A DNA stretch of 64,000 bases. It comes from Ichthyobacteriaceae bacterium. Its GTDB lineage: Bacteria; Bacteroidota; Bacteroidia; Flavobacteriales; JADGDT01. Of this stretch, positions 10,283 to 19,349 are shown in pieces. Position numbers and translations under genes: made by a program. The stretch is from contig JADGDT010000006.1 of NCBI GenBank assembly GCA_016744755.1, positions 2,066-66,065 on the forward strand, in the 5' to 3' direction. The notes below the pieces were generated by a model. It did no database searches. It saw only the letters and a list, made by a program, of their open reading frames with translations, and was not told the origin of the DNA. Within the stretch, counting starts at the first letter, position 1. Each line of letters opens with the position of its first letter.

Positions 10283-10321
10283 CTATTAAATATTTAGTAA
10301 TACTGTTTTACTATAACAGTG

Positions 10322-11536
10322 TTAAAGCTTCCAATAAGGAATAAAAATAACTTCTGTTTCTTCTATTTTTATTGTTGAATCTAAAGTTAGGTTAACAACA
10401 TAAGCCATTTTTGGAGAGTACTTTTTTAAAAAACTCCTAAAAGATCTCGTTATTTTTGCTGACTTTAATTCCGAAAATTTAACTTCTATTGGTATAATTC
10501 CATTTTCTGTGTGTACTACAAAATCAACCTCTGCTTTATCTTTTGTACGCCAATAATTAATTTTTGATAAACCTTTCTCGTACTTCCCTTTCAATATTGT
10601 ATAAACAAAATTCTGGAAAACCATTCCGTCATTGCCATCAGCATTGAAACTAGATTTACTGAAATTGCACATTCCCAAATCATTAAAATATATATTTGGA
10701 GATTTAGTAATTTCCTTTTTTGCGTTTGTAAAAAATGGCTTCACTATAGAAATTATAAATGTCTGCTCTGCATACCAAAGATAGGTCTTTAGTGTTTCTA
10801 GCCTTATTCCAACATCTTTAGAGAGTTGAGAATAATTTAATATTGACCCCGATTGCACTGCCAACAACTGTATCATTTTCACAAATCTATCGGGATATTT
10901 TACACCCAATAAAAAAGAAATATCTTTTGTTAAGTACGAAACAAATATCTCGTTCATTACCTCCTTTTTCCTGAGTATTGTGTCTTCCGTAACTACTGCT
11001 GGATATCCTCCAAAATTCAAGTATTCTCCTAACAATAATTTTATTTGTTCCTTTTCTACATCAAAAAATAAATCTAATCGCTTCTTGTATTTGTATTCGG
11101 TTTTGTAGTTAACAAACTCTTCGAAACTTACAGTCGGCATTTCTATCATGTACTTTCTACCTGTTAATGCCTCACTAATTTTTTCTTTCAACTCTATACT
11201 TCCAGAACCCGTAATAACAAATTTGTATGGCAAATCCATGTCGTACAAACCTTTCATAAATCTACCTGCATCTTCTTTTTGTTGAATTTCGTCGATAAAA
11301 ATAAATGCTTTTTCGTTTCCTACTTCTAACTGAATTTTCTTTAAGAATATTTCTTGTGAGCCAAAATGAACATTGTCTTGCTCTATATCTAGATTAAAAT
11401 AAAGTACATTATCTAACTCACCAATAATCTCCTTGAGCAAGGTGGTTTTTCCAACTTGTCTAGCTCCTATTAGCACAGTTATTTCTTTTAACTTTAAGCT
11501 TTCTAGTATTCTATCTTTTAAATTTCGTGAAATCAT
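10322..11536 (-). CDS. AAA-family ATPase of the AAA_14/DUF4143 type
   Basis: Walker A GARQVGKTTL and Walker B FIFIDEIQ, with a C-terminal region typical of DUF4143 proteins. I prefer the start at Met20 of the track ORF because an exact -7 box lies inside the longer ORF. Confidence 0.8.
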   Translation of the reverse strand: MISRNLKDRILESLKLKEITVLIGARQVGKTTLLKEIIGELDNVLYFNLDIEQDNVHFGSQEIFLKKIQLEVGNEKAFIFIDEIQQKEDAGRFMKGLYDMDLPYKFVITGSGSIELKEKISEALTGRKYMIEMPTVSFEEFVNYKTEYKYKKRLDLFFDVEKEQIKLLLGEYLNFGGYPAVVTEDTILRKKEVMNEIFVSYLTKDISFLLGVKYPDRFVKMIQLLAVQSGSILNYSQLSKDVGIRLETLKTYLWYAEQTFIISIVKPFFTNAKKEITKSPNIYFNDLGMCNFSKSSFNADGNDGMVFQNFVYTILKGKYEKGLSKINYWRTKDKAEVDFVVHTENGIIPIEVKFSELKSAKITRSFRSFLKKYSPKMAYVVNLTLDSTIKIEETEVIFIPYWKL

Positions 11537-11552
11537 ACTCGGCTTCTTTACC

Positions 11553-11560
11553 CAAAAATA
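11553..11560 (-). promoter_or_regulatory. -7 promoter box (TATTTTTG on the minus strand) for the ATPase gene
   Basis: Exact TAnnTTTG match 17 nt upstream of the ATG at 11536. Confidence 0.4.
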
Positions 11561-11595
11561 CATTTTATTTACTAAAAAATAACCTATTTTCACAA

Positions 11596-11674
11596 TTAAC
11601 CCGAGAATTTCACTACTCTACTAGTGAAATACTCGGGTTAAACTACTACTCTACTAGTAAAATTCTCGGGTTAA
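11596..11674. repeat. Three copies of a 20-nt unit (one forward, two inverted) able to form two mutually exclusive hairpins
   Basis: A = TTAACCCGAGAATTTCACTA (11596-11615). B = TAGTGAAATACTCGGGTTAA (11622-11641). C = TAGTAAAATTCTCGGGTTAA (11655-11674). B and C are each the reverse complement of A with one mismatch. Confidence 0.8.
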
Positions 11675-12031
11675 ATTGATTTCAAGAAATAAAAAAGCAC
11701 TGAATTTAGCTGACAACATCAGTAAATACAGCACTTTTAAGTACCTTATTAGAATAGTATATTTTAGATATATCCTTACTCTGTAACATGAATTTATTTA
11801 AATTATGCTTTTTTTACTCCCTTTAAAGTAATGCCGTTTAGTTAAGAATAAACACCTTGAATCCAATGATTTTTATCCCCAATCCTAAAGGGATAAATCA
11901 TTGAATATCAACTTATTAGTCTATGTCTTTTTGGTTCCCTTTAGGGAAGGGGCAAAACAAAAAGCCTTAACTTAATGATATTGCTCTTTATGGTTTTGGG
12001 CTAATCAAAAAAACATAATTTCATGTAAGTT

Positions 12032-14083
12032 TTAGAAATTAAGTTCTTTCTTAACTCCTATCGAAAACCAATGACCAGGTTGTAAAACATTACCATAATC
12101 GATGTATTGTGTGTCAAAAATATTCTTTACATCTGCAAAAATCATCCATCCTTTTGATTTCCAATTCACTCTTGCATCTAGTAAAGTATAATCTCCATAT
12201 GGTGTTAATACATCATTACCAGCATCGTCTAAAAACATATAATTTCCATTTCGTTGCTGATAACGAAGTTTCCAATTGGCACTGAAATTACCGTATATTT
12301 TATGATCTAAACCGAATACAAATTTGTGTCGTAGGTAATCATTCACATAAGCCGATGAAAGTCCTTCTGTATTAGAATACTTATCTATGAAGGTGTACTG
12401 AACAATTATATTATTTACAAAAAAATTGCCGTTGTTTAACTCTTCAAGTTTAAATCTAGACGAAATATCAATCCCATAAGTTTCGGTACGAGTTAAATTC
12501 ATAGGTTGCCATTTATCCGTATCAGATTTCCTAACCCAATCTATGCTATTATTCCCTATGCTATTGAAAGAAGTAAGGTTTACATCTAAAATTCCGTAGT
12601 TAAAATTCACTCCCAAATCGAAATTAACAGCCTCTTCTGCTATCAAATCAGGATTACCAATATTAGCAGGACCTGAATAATACAAATCGGTAAAAGTTGG
12701 TAAACGTAGTGTTTTATTGAAAGAAGCTTTTGCTATAAAACTCTTATTAAATTTATAATTAACATCAACTCCTGGATAAAAATTAATTTTATCAGAATAA
12801 GCAGAATTGTTATTAACCATTAAAGCTACAATTGTACTAAACCCTTTGTATTTGTAGGATTGCTCAACAGATACCGAAGTATTTAGTCTTGATGCTTCTT
12901 TGTCGTAATATCCGTTTGGATTAAACCATGCATCTTTTTCTTCGCCAGTTGGCTCTCCCAAAACATTACTTGCTATATTCTCGTAACGCAAATCTAATCC
13001 TATAGATGTTTTACCTAAAACACTTGCGAATTTAAACTTGGTGTTTCCTCCTGCTACATTGGTTAAATGGTAATTGTGATGTTTGTACCACGATGGGGCT
13101 TCTTCGTTATTTCTAAATAATTCAAACCTATCGGAATGCATATTCCAATAAATATTTGACTCAGTACTTACTTTGCCAAAAGAAGCAAATTTAAGACTTG
13201 CAATAGCCGATTGAGTTTGCTCAAACTGATTAGGATATTTAGCGGTATAAAAGCTTTGAGCACCAAATGCCTTGTCGGCAAAACTCATTTGCCACTGTAA
13301 AAATGATTTATTTAAAAGGTACTTCCCGTTGTAGTAAACAGAACTTCTATTAAAATCAGTATTATCAGTATAACCAGATGATTGATCGTGATTAACGGCA
13401 ATGAAATGGCGTTGTTTTTTGCCAACCAAATTGGCCGATACTCCAACATTGTAAAGACCATAACTTCCTAGAATCGCTTTTAGGTTGGCTTGATTCTCTG
13501 TTGATGATTTGGTGATGATGTTGATAACTCCACTGTAAGCATTGGCTCCAAAACTTAGCGAACCTGCCCCGTTGAGAATCTCAACACGCTCTATTTGATC
13601 AAATGAAATTGGTAAATCTAAATTGTGATGACCCGTCTGTGGATTGGTAATATTTATGCCATTTAGCATAATTAAGACTTGGTCGAATGTTCCTCCTCGG
13701 ATGGAGATGTCGGCTTGGACATCGTTGTTACCTCTTTGCCTGAGGTCGAGTTGCGAAATGTTGTTAAGAATATCTTGCACACTTTCTATGGGTGCAGATT
13801 GTAATTCCCGACTACTAATTACGCTGATAACTCTTGAAGGAACTTCGAAAACTTGGAGCTCTTGTGGCTCCACCAACTCCACTTCATCCAAATAATAATC
13901 GGATGTAGTATTGTTTGTTTTCTCTTCTTGAGCAACAACATTAGCAGGCAATAAGGTAGCAGTTATGGCCACTGACAAACTCGAAATCTTTATCACTTTA
14001 TTCAAACTATTGAATACAGCATACGATTCGCGAGTCCATCGGCTAAAATAGCTAGTAGATTGACTTCTGTAATTGTGTTGCAT
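12032..14083 (-). CDS. TonB-dependent receptor (BtuB/CirA-like size class)
   Basis: Plug motif DLRQRGNNDVQADISIRGGTFDQVLIMLNGINI, a 22-strand-size barrel and C-terminal ELNF. The substrate is not inferable. Confidence 0.85.
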   Translation of the reverse strand: MQHNYRSQSTSYFSRWTRESYAVFNSLNKVIKISSLSVAITATLLPANVVAQEEKTNNTTSDYYLDEVELVEPQELQVFEVPSRVISVISSRELQSAPIESVQDILNNISQLDLRQRGNNDVQADISIRGGTFDQVLIMLNGINITNPQTGHHNLDLPISFDQIERVEILNGAGSLSFGANAYSGVINIITKSSTENQANLKAILGSYGLYNVGVSANLVGKKQRHFIAVNHDQSSGYTDNTDFNRSSVYYNGKYLLNKSFLQWQMSFADKAFGAQSFYTAKYPNQFEQTQSAIASLKFASFGKVSTESNIYWNMHSDRFELFRNNEEAPSWYKHHNYHLTNVAGGNTKFKFASVLGKTSIGLDLRYENIASNVLGEPTGEEKDAWFNPNGYYDKEASRLNTSVSVEQSYKYKGFSTIVALMVNNNSAYSDKINFYPGVDVNYKFNKSFIAKASFNKTLRLPTFTDLYYSGPANIGNPDLIAEEAVNFDLGVNFNYGILDVNLTSFNSIGNNSIDWVRKSDTDKWQPMNLTRTETYGIDISSRFKLEELNNGNFFVNNIIVQYTFIDKYSNTEGLSSAYVNDYLRHKFVFGLDHKIYGNFSANWKLRYQQRNGNYMFLDDAGNDVLTPYGDYTLLDARVNWKSKGWMIFADVKNIFDTQYIDYGNVLQPGHWFSIGVKKELNF

Positions 14084-14137
14084 TATTACTAATAAATTTA
14101 ATTTGCAAAACGAAAACTATTCTCGTTTATAACGTTT

Positions 14138-14314
14138 AGTATATGGCAAGTAGGGCAGTAGGAAGCTCTAAACTTTTAGAGCTTGCACTTAGCCAAGTTA
14201 AACATTTTTATATTTAATTTTCTTTTCAATATCATAAATTTTAGCTTGGCGGACTTTATTAAAAACACCAAACCTTAATTAAGCTCTAAACGCCCTATTG
14301 GCTATATACATTGT
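14138..14314. repeat. About 175-nt intergenic segment bounded by imperfect inverted copies of a ~20-nt motif
   Basis: AGTATATGGCAAGTAGGGCAG (14138-14158) against the reverse complement of ACGCCCTATTGGCTATATACATTGT (14290-14314), with 15 of 19 core positions matching. There is an internal hairpin AGCTCTAAAC..TTTAGAGCT at about 14164-14183. Confidence 0.6.
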
Positions 14315-15171
14315 CATGTGCTTGCTTTCTTTAATTCGTCAATAAATATTTCAGTAGACTCTTCGTGTGGATAATGTCCAACATTGTCAAGTTTCACAAC
14401 CGTTTTGTTTTTCAATTCCTTATTCCACACTTTAAATTCCTGTTCTCTAAACGCAATATCCTTCATTCCCCAAATTAATGTTTTTGGTATATTGTCAATA
14501 TTCTTTCGTTTTTGCCATAAACTGTTAAGCCAATCACTTGAACCAATTATTTGTTTTGGAAAAGTCCAACAACCTTTTCTGTCCCTTTTTGTTTCAAGAT
14601 GCTTATAAATTGTCTTGTCAAAATGCTTTTTGTCAACTATACATTTTTTGATTATTACTTTCCCGAAAAAATTGAAATTCTTTATTAAAAAACGTCCAAT
14701 TATTCCACCGACAAACCCGCTGAACATTCGATAATATGTGTCATTTTTTGCTGACCACATCCAAGTGTTTGTGATTATTAGATGTTTTATCTTATCAGGG
14801 TTGTTTACTGCATACGATAATCCAATTGGTCCGCCCCAATCATTGACTACTAAAACGAATTTGTCTAAATTTAAATGATTGATGAATTTTTCAAAATTAT
14901 CTGCGTGGTTTTTTGGTAAATAATTCCAATCAAATGGTTTGTCAGATAATCCAAAACCAATATGGTCAGCAGAAATACATCTATTTGTTTTAGAGAGTTC
15001 TTTAATTGATTTCCTATATTCATACGACCAACCTGGGTTTCCGTGAACAAATACAATAGGCTCTCCTTTTCCTTCGTCAACATAATGCATTTTTCCGATT
15101 GGCAAGTCAAAATAATTTGAGATGAAAGGATATTCTTTCCTGTCTAACCAAGATTTATTTTCTGTTGTCAT
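14314..15171 (-). CDS. Alpha/beta hydrolase, haloalkane dehalogenase-like
   Basis: HGNPGWSYEYRK, the nucleophile elbow NDWGGPIG (Asp) and a C-terminal GHYPHEE His, which is the classic dehalogenase-fold pattern. Confidence 0.85.
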   Translation of the reverse strand: MTTENKSWLDRKEYPFISNYFDLPIGKMHYVDEGKGEPIVFVHGNPGWSYEYRKSIKELSKTNRCISADHIGFGLSDKPFDWNYLPKNHADNFEKFINHLNLDKFVLVVNDWGGPIGLSYAVNNPDKIKHLIITNTWMWSAKNDTYYRMFSGFVGGIIGRFLIKNFNFFGKVIIKKCIVDKKHFDKTIYKHLETKRDRKGCWTFPKQIIGSSDWLNSLWQKRKNIDNIPKTLIWGMKDIAFREQEFKVWNKELKNKTVVKLDNVGHYPHEESTEIFIDELKKAST

Positions 15172-15607
15172 AGTCTTTTCCTTTTAATATCAATTCTGTT
15201 GTTTTTCTGCTTACGCCCAATGCACTATATACATTGTTGAACTAAATCCGCCAACGGCGTCTAGTTTATCTCTAGTTCAAAAGTAGTGAATTCAAAAAAA
15301 TAGGATACTATTATCTAAGTTACATTAATATTACAGAATTATAAAAGCTTTATTTTCATAAGGCTTGGATTTATATTGTCTAAAATATTGGGAGAATAAG
15401 TAGAAAAATAATATTGCATATTGGAGTAACAATTTCAACTAAAATATACTCGTAAAATTTAGCAGTCAAAGTTATTTATCTCTTCATAAAGTTTCAAATT
15501 CAGAAGTAAAACCACTAAACCCTTCAATAGGTACATAGAAGAAGCACGGATGTAGTTCAACACTAGACTCATCGCTGGGTCTTGCAGACCGTTCATAGTC
15601 CTATTTA

Positions 15608-16054
15608 TTAGCCAATGTTATTCATACTCATTTTCTGATGTATGATTCCTGTTTTAGCTGATGAATATTTATATCCAAAAGCTTTAAATCCAACTTTTGA
15701 ATAAAACTCTAAAGCTGTTTCTCTTGCACTCAATTCAATTTTTTCAACTCCTATCGTTTTACATCTCCGTATTAATTCATTCAGTATTTTTTCTCCAATT
15801 CCACTTCTTTGATTCTCTTTTTTTATAGCCATCTGAGATATTATCCCAGTAGATTTCACTATATGAATTCTTCCTGTTCCTACAACTTGTTGTTTTTCAT
15901 TCAAGCAAACAATGTGAATTCCAATTTCTTCAAATCTGTCATTAATTAATTCTTCTGTATTAATCATTCCCTCAAAAAAGCAGTCAATTCTTATTTGCTT
16001 AGCTTGAGTGTATAATTCATCTGTCGTATCTATAATTTTCAATTCAGTATTCAC
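15608..16054 (-). CDS. GNAT family N-acetyltransferase
   Basis: 148 aa with the acetyl-CoA binding motif QRSGIGEKILNELI (Q/RxxGxG/A). Confidence 0.85.
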   Translation of the reverse strand: MNTELKIIDTTDELYTQAKQIRIDCFFEGMINTEELINDRFEEIGIHIVCLNEKQQVVGTGRIHIVKSTGIISQMAIKKENQRSGIGEKILNELIRRCKTIGVEKIELSARETALEFYSKVGFKAFGYKYSSAKTGIIHQKMSMNNIG

Positions 16055-16204
16055 TTGGATTTAACTAACTAAGATTCAATTATACAGCACGAATTATAAT
16101 GTTCACTAACTAGTGACTAGTGATGCAGTGAACAGTTGTCTTGTCCTGAAATAGGTTTAAACAAAAAGTAAACAAAAAACATGACGATACAGTTTAACCA
16201 AAAA

Positions 16205-16951
16205 TTATCTTCTCTGTCTCACTACTTCGTAAAGTACAGCTCCACAAGCTACCGATACATTTAACGACTTTATCGCTCCTAAAATTGGAAGCTTAGCTTT
16301 TCGGTTTGCAATTTTTTGCATCCCTAAAGTAATACCTTTTTGCTCGTTACCCATTACAATTGCGGTAGCTCCACTCATATCTACATCGTAGATAAAATCG
16401 TTCGATTTCTCTGTAGCAGCAACAACCTGAATCCCTTCCGATTGCATATAGTAAACGGTATCTTTTAGGTTATCAACCTTACAAATTGGCACATTAAAAA
16501 TTGCACCTGTGGCAGTTTTCATAGCTTCGGCACTAACGGGTGCTGATCCTTGTTTAGGAATAATTATTCCGTTAACACCTGTACACTCGGCAGTACGAAC
16601 AATTGCACCGAAATTACGCACATCGGTAATCTGATCTAGAATTATGTAAAGAGGATTCGCTCCGCTTTCTGCAGTTTGAGAGATTAAATCTTCTAAACTA
16701 ATAAATTCTACTGGCGATATAAATGCAAATACTCCTTGGTGAGTACTGCGTGTAAGTCTGTTTAATTTCTCAACAGGAACAGTTTTAGATTCTATCTCGT
16801 GTTTCTTAATTAGATCTTTCAATTCCGAAATTAAATCTCCACTTAATCCTTTCTGAATAAACACTCTATCAAAAGTTACTCCTGATTTTATTCCTTCTAT
16901 TATTGGATGTAATCCAAATATTGATTCTGTTTCTATTCTCTTTTCTGACAT
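16205..16951 (-). CDS. rlmB: 23S rRNA (guanosine-2'-O)-methyltransferase, SpoU/TrmH family (RlmB-like)
   Basis: 248 aa with an N-terminal substrate-binding domain plus SpoU motifs (NFGAIVRTAE, IVMGNEQKGI, SLNVSVACGAVLYE). Confidence 0.85.
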   Translation of the reverse strand: MSEKRIETESIFGLHPIIEGIKSGVTFDRVFIQKGLSGDLISELKDLIKKHEIESKTVPVEKLNRLTRSTHQGVFAFISPVEFISLEDLISQTAESGANPLYIILDQITDVRNFGAIVRTAECTGVNGIIIPKQGSAPVSAEAMKTATGAIFNVPICKVDNLKDTVYYMQSEGIQVVAATEKSNDFIYDVDMSGATAIVMGNEQKGITLGMQKIANRKAKLPILGAIKSLNVSVACGAVLYEVVRQRR

Positions 16952-16968
16952 TCTAAATAAATTTTCGG

Positions 16969-16976
16969 CAAAGGTA
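16969..16976 (-). promoter_or_regulatory. -7 promoter box (TACCTTTG on the minus strand) for rlmB
   Basis: Exact TAnnTTTG match 18 nt upstream of the ATG at 16951. Confidence 0.45.
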
Positions 16977-17086
16977 TGATTTTTCTTGTTATGGGTTACA
17001 AGTTGCGAGTTACAAGTTCAATGTGAAATTTATTGGGAATTTAGCCGATTTAACCTCTTTAACTCCTACCTATTCCTAAATACTGT

Positions 17087-18703
17087 TTACTTAATAATTT
17101 TCTGAGTTAGCTCTCCTTCTTCATTTTTTATACTAAGCATGTAAACTCCTTTATTTAGGGTAGAAACATCTATGTCTTTTTCTCTATTTACAGATGAACC
17201 TTTTATAACCTCTACTCCACTTAAAGAATAAATAGAATAAGTAAACCCTTTTTCTTCTTTTGTTTCTATATAAAGTATGTTGTTTGATGAAACTGGATTT
17301 GGAAAAATATTAATATTATTTAATTCTATATGCTTATTTGATAAGTCATAACCTTCACTACTGTAATAGTGCTTCACCCCATAAATATACCATTCATTAG
17401 TAGTTACATCAATCTTGTAATACTCTATAAAGGTTTTATTGTTAGAGTTGTAACCATAAATTTCTTTGTCTGTACCTTTCCAATCGTTAGCTGTTACATC
17501 CCAATCGTAATCTTCATATAAAATCATATTACTATTAGAGTCATACTCATAAATATATTTACTTGAATTTTTCCAAAGACTGGCATCTTTATCCCAAGAG
17601 AAAATTTCAGCTAAAATTTTGTTGTTATTAGAATCATAGCTATAAACCTTTTTACCTGTAATTTGCCAGTTGTCAATTTCTTCATCCCACCATAAAGTTT
17701 CATCTAAAATCATATTATTATTAGAGTCATATTCATAGTCATATTTAAAAACACCTATCCAGTCGTTATTTACTTTATCCCAATTATAACGTTCCATCAC
17801 GGTCATCTTTCTACTAGAGTTATAATTATATTCTCTTTTTAAAGAATACTTCCACTCATTAGTAGCATGGTCGAAGTCGGAACTTTCGTCTAAAATTACA
17901 TTATTGCTAGAATCATAACTAAAATCGCTTTTGTGAGAAACTTTCCAATCGTCAATTGTATAATTCCATCTGTAATATTTATTTGAAGTTTCATTATTGT
18001 TAGAGTCATAGGTGTAGTCCCTTTTAGAATTAGCTTTCCAATTATTAATTGTATCATTCCAGCTATAATTTTCATACAAGGTCACATTATTGTTAGAGTC
18101 ATAGGTATAGTCCCTTTTAGAATAAGCTTTCCAATCATTAATAGTATCATTCCATTTATACCACCCGAGTATGGTTCTATTATTGTTAGAATCGTAGCTA
18201 TAAACTCTTTTTGTAGAAGCTATCCAATCATTGGTAGCATCATTCCAAGAGTGAGTTTCTACTAAAGAAATATTATTGTTAGAGTCATAGCCATAAACAT
18301 ATTTAACTATGCCTTTATAATCGTTAGTAACATCATCCCAACTATTATAATATTCATATAAAACTAGTCTATTATTAGTATCATATTTATAAATAGTCTT
18401 TTTTCCCTTTGTTGAATCTGTCCTGTTTTTATCTGTGATAATATAATAAAATGTAGAATCAACAAATTCTTCACTTTGTACATTATTCTTTTTAGATAAA
18501 CTTTCTTTAGAGTTATTAAGCCCTAGTTTGTTTATAGTTTCAGCTGAGAAATCTTCGAGATTGGGAGTGTATTCATCCTCACTAATAATTTTTTCAATTT
18601 CAAAACTATTACCTCTTAAAATAGGTCTTACGTTTTGTGAATTTACTTGAAATGCGGTAAATAGGAATAAAATTATTATTCCTTTAGGTATATTTATTTC
18701 CAT
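17087..18703 (-). CDS. T9SS-sorted secreted protein made of eleven 31-aa YD-like tandem repeats
   Basis: The probable start is MEINIPKGIIILFLFTAFQVNSQ. The Y-x-Y-D-S-N-N-N ... W-N-D-x-x-N-D-W-K unit recurs at residues 155, 186, 217, 248, 279, 310, 341, 372, 403 and 434 (strict 31-aa period), after a first copy at 123 (32-aa spacing to the next). The C-terminus (IFPNPVSSNNILYIE...VYMLSIKNEEGELTQKIIK) is a type A Por/T9SS sorting domain. Confidence 0.75.
   Translation of the reverse strand: MEINIPKGIIILFLFTAFQVNSQNVRPILRGNSFEIEKIISEDEYTPNLEDFSAETINKLGLNNSKESLSKKNNVQSEEFVDSTFYYIITDKNRTDSTKGKKTIYKYDTNNRLVLYEYYNSWDDVTNDYKGIVKYVYGYDSNNNISLVETHSWNDATNDWIASTKRVYSYDSNNNRTILGWYKWNDTINDWKAYSKRDYTYDSNNNVTLYENYSWNDTINNWKANSKRDYTYDSNNNETSNKYYRWNYTIDDWKVSHKSDFSYDSSNNVILDESSDFDHATNEWKYSLKREYNYNSSRKMTVMERYNWDKVNNDWIGVFKYDYEYDSNNNMILDETLWWDEEIDNWQITGKKVYSYDSNNNKILAEIFSWDKDASLWKNSSKYIYEYDSNSNMILYEDYDWDVTANDWKGTDKEIYGYNSNNKTFIEYYKIDVTTNEWYIYGVKHYYSSEGYDLSNKHIELNNINIFPNPVSSNNILYIETKEEKGFTYSIYSLSGVEVIKGSSVNREKDIDVSTLNKGVYMLSIKNEEGELTQKIIK
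17366..18391 (-). repeat. Coding tandem repeat, 11 units of 93 bp (31 aa)
   Basis: See the CDS at 17087-18703. The adjacent units RDYTYDSNNNVTLYENYSWNDTINNWKANSK and RDYTYDSNNNETSNKYYRWNYTIDDWKVSHK are the most similar pair. Confidence 0.8.
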
Positions 18704-18881
18704 AAAAATGATTGATAATTTGCGCAAATACATCATACTTTTTATGATTAAAAACATAAAAAAAGCTAAATTTCCAATAAATCATTCTCTAATTTAGAGA
18801 TATAACTCATCAAAAATTTAGCTTTTGTAATAATTTATTTGAAACTATTTTCACGTAACATATGTAGTAAAATCATGGTAA

Positions 18882-19340
18882 CTATACTTCAACCTCAACA
18901 TCCAGTTGATTCCCCAATTTAAATACTTCATCATCTTTTTTCTTGCCAATAGTAATACCAACAGCCATGCCAATTGGTAATCCCAATGCCATAAGTCCCA
19001 TATTATCTTGGCTTGCACCAAAAGCACTACCAAAAGCTAATCCTAAAGCTATACCTACAGACATAAGTTTTTGTTGATGGTGATTTTTCACAAACAGCCC
19101 TAATTCTTTCTCAATTATTTTAATGATATTCGTTCGTGATTTTACTAATACTTTAGAGTAAGCCTTTTCTAAATCAAGGAAAGAATTAACCTTTTCTATT
19201 TCAATATTAATCATCTCTGCAATTTCAGGAACTATTTCTCTTTTCTGTAGTTCTTCCAATAATTTTTCAAAGATATCTAATTTCTTAACCAGCTTTTTGT
19301 TGCTTGAATCTATCCTAGTCAACTTAATAATATCCATCAT
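18882..19340 (-). CDS. Small membrane protein with a helical N-terminus and C-terminal glycine-zipper segments
   Basis: 152 aa with GIALGLAFGSAFGA and GLMALGLPIGMAVGITIG. It starts 9 nt after the stop of the adaptor gene, so it is probably co-transcribed. Confidence 0.55.
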   Translation of the reverse strand: MMDIIKLTRIDSSNKKLVKKLDIFEKLLEELQKREIVPEIAEMINIEIEKVNSFLDLEKAYSKVLVKSRTNIIKIIEKELGLFVKNHHQQKLMSVGIALGLAFGSAFGASQDNMGLMALGLPIGMAVGITIGKKKDDEVFKLGNQLDVEVEV

Positions 19341-19349
19341 TCAACCTAG

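Noticed and set aside
14084-14313. Possible cobalamin or other riboswitch upstream of the BtuB-size receptor (12032-14083).
   Set aside because: I found no B12-box or other conserved riboswitch core on the minus strand. The region is better explained by the inverted-repeat element and a hairpin that probably terminates the hydrolase gene.
14084-16204. Calling this region a bona fide integron cassette array.
   Set aside because: Only short matches to the R'/R'' consensus are visible. There is no intI gene in the window and no complete R''-L''...L'-R' attC structure of normal length. I kept it as a hypothesis in the findings rather than as a feature.
18851-19033. 60-aa minus-strand ORF overlapping the 3' end of the glycine-zipper protein gene.
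   Set aside because: It is an alternative frame of the same region. The 152-aa frame has coherent TM and Gly-zipper features and operon coupling, and this one does not.
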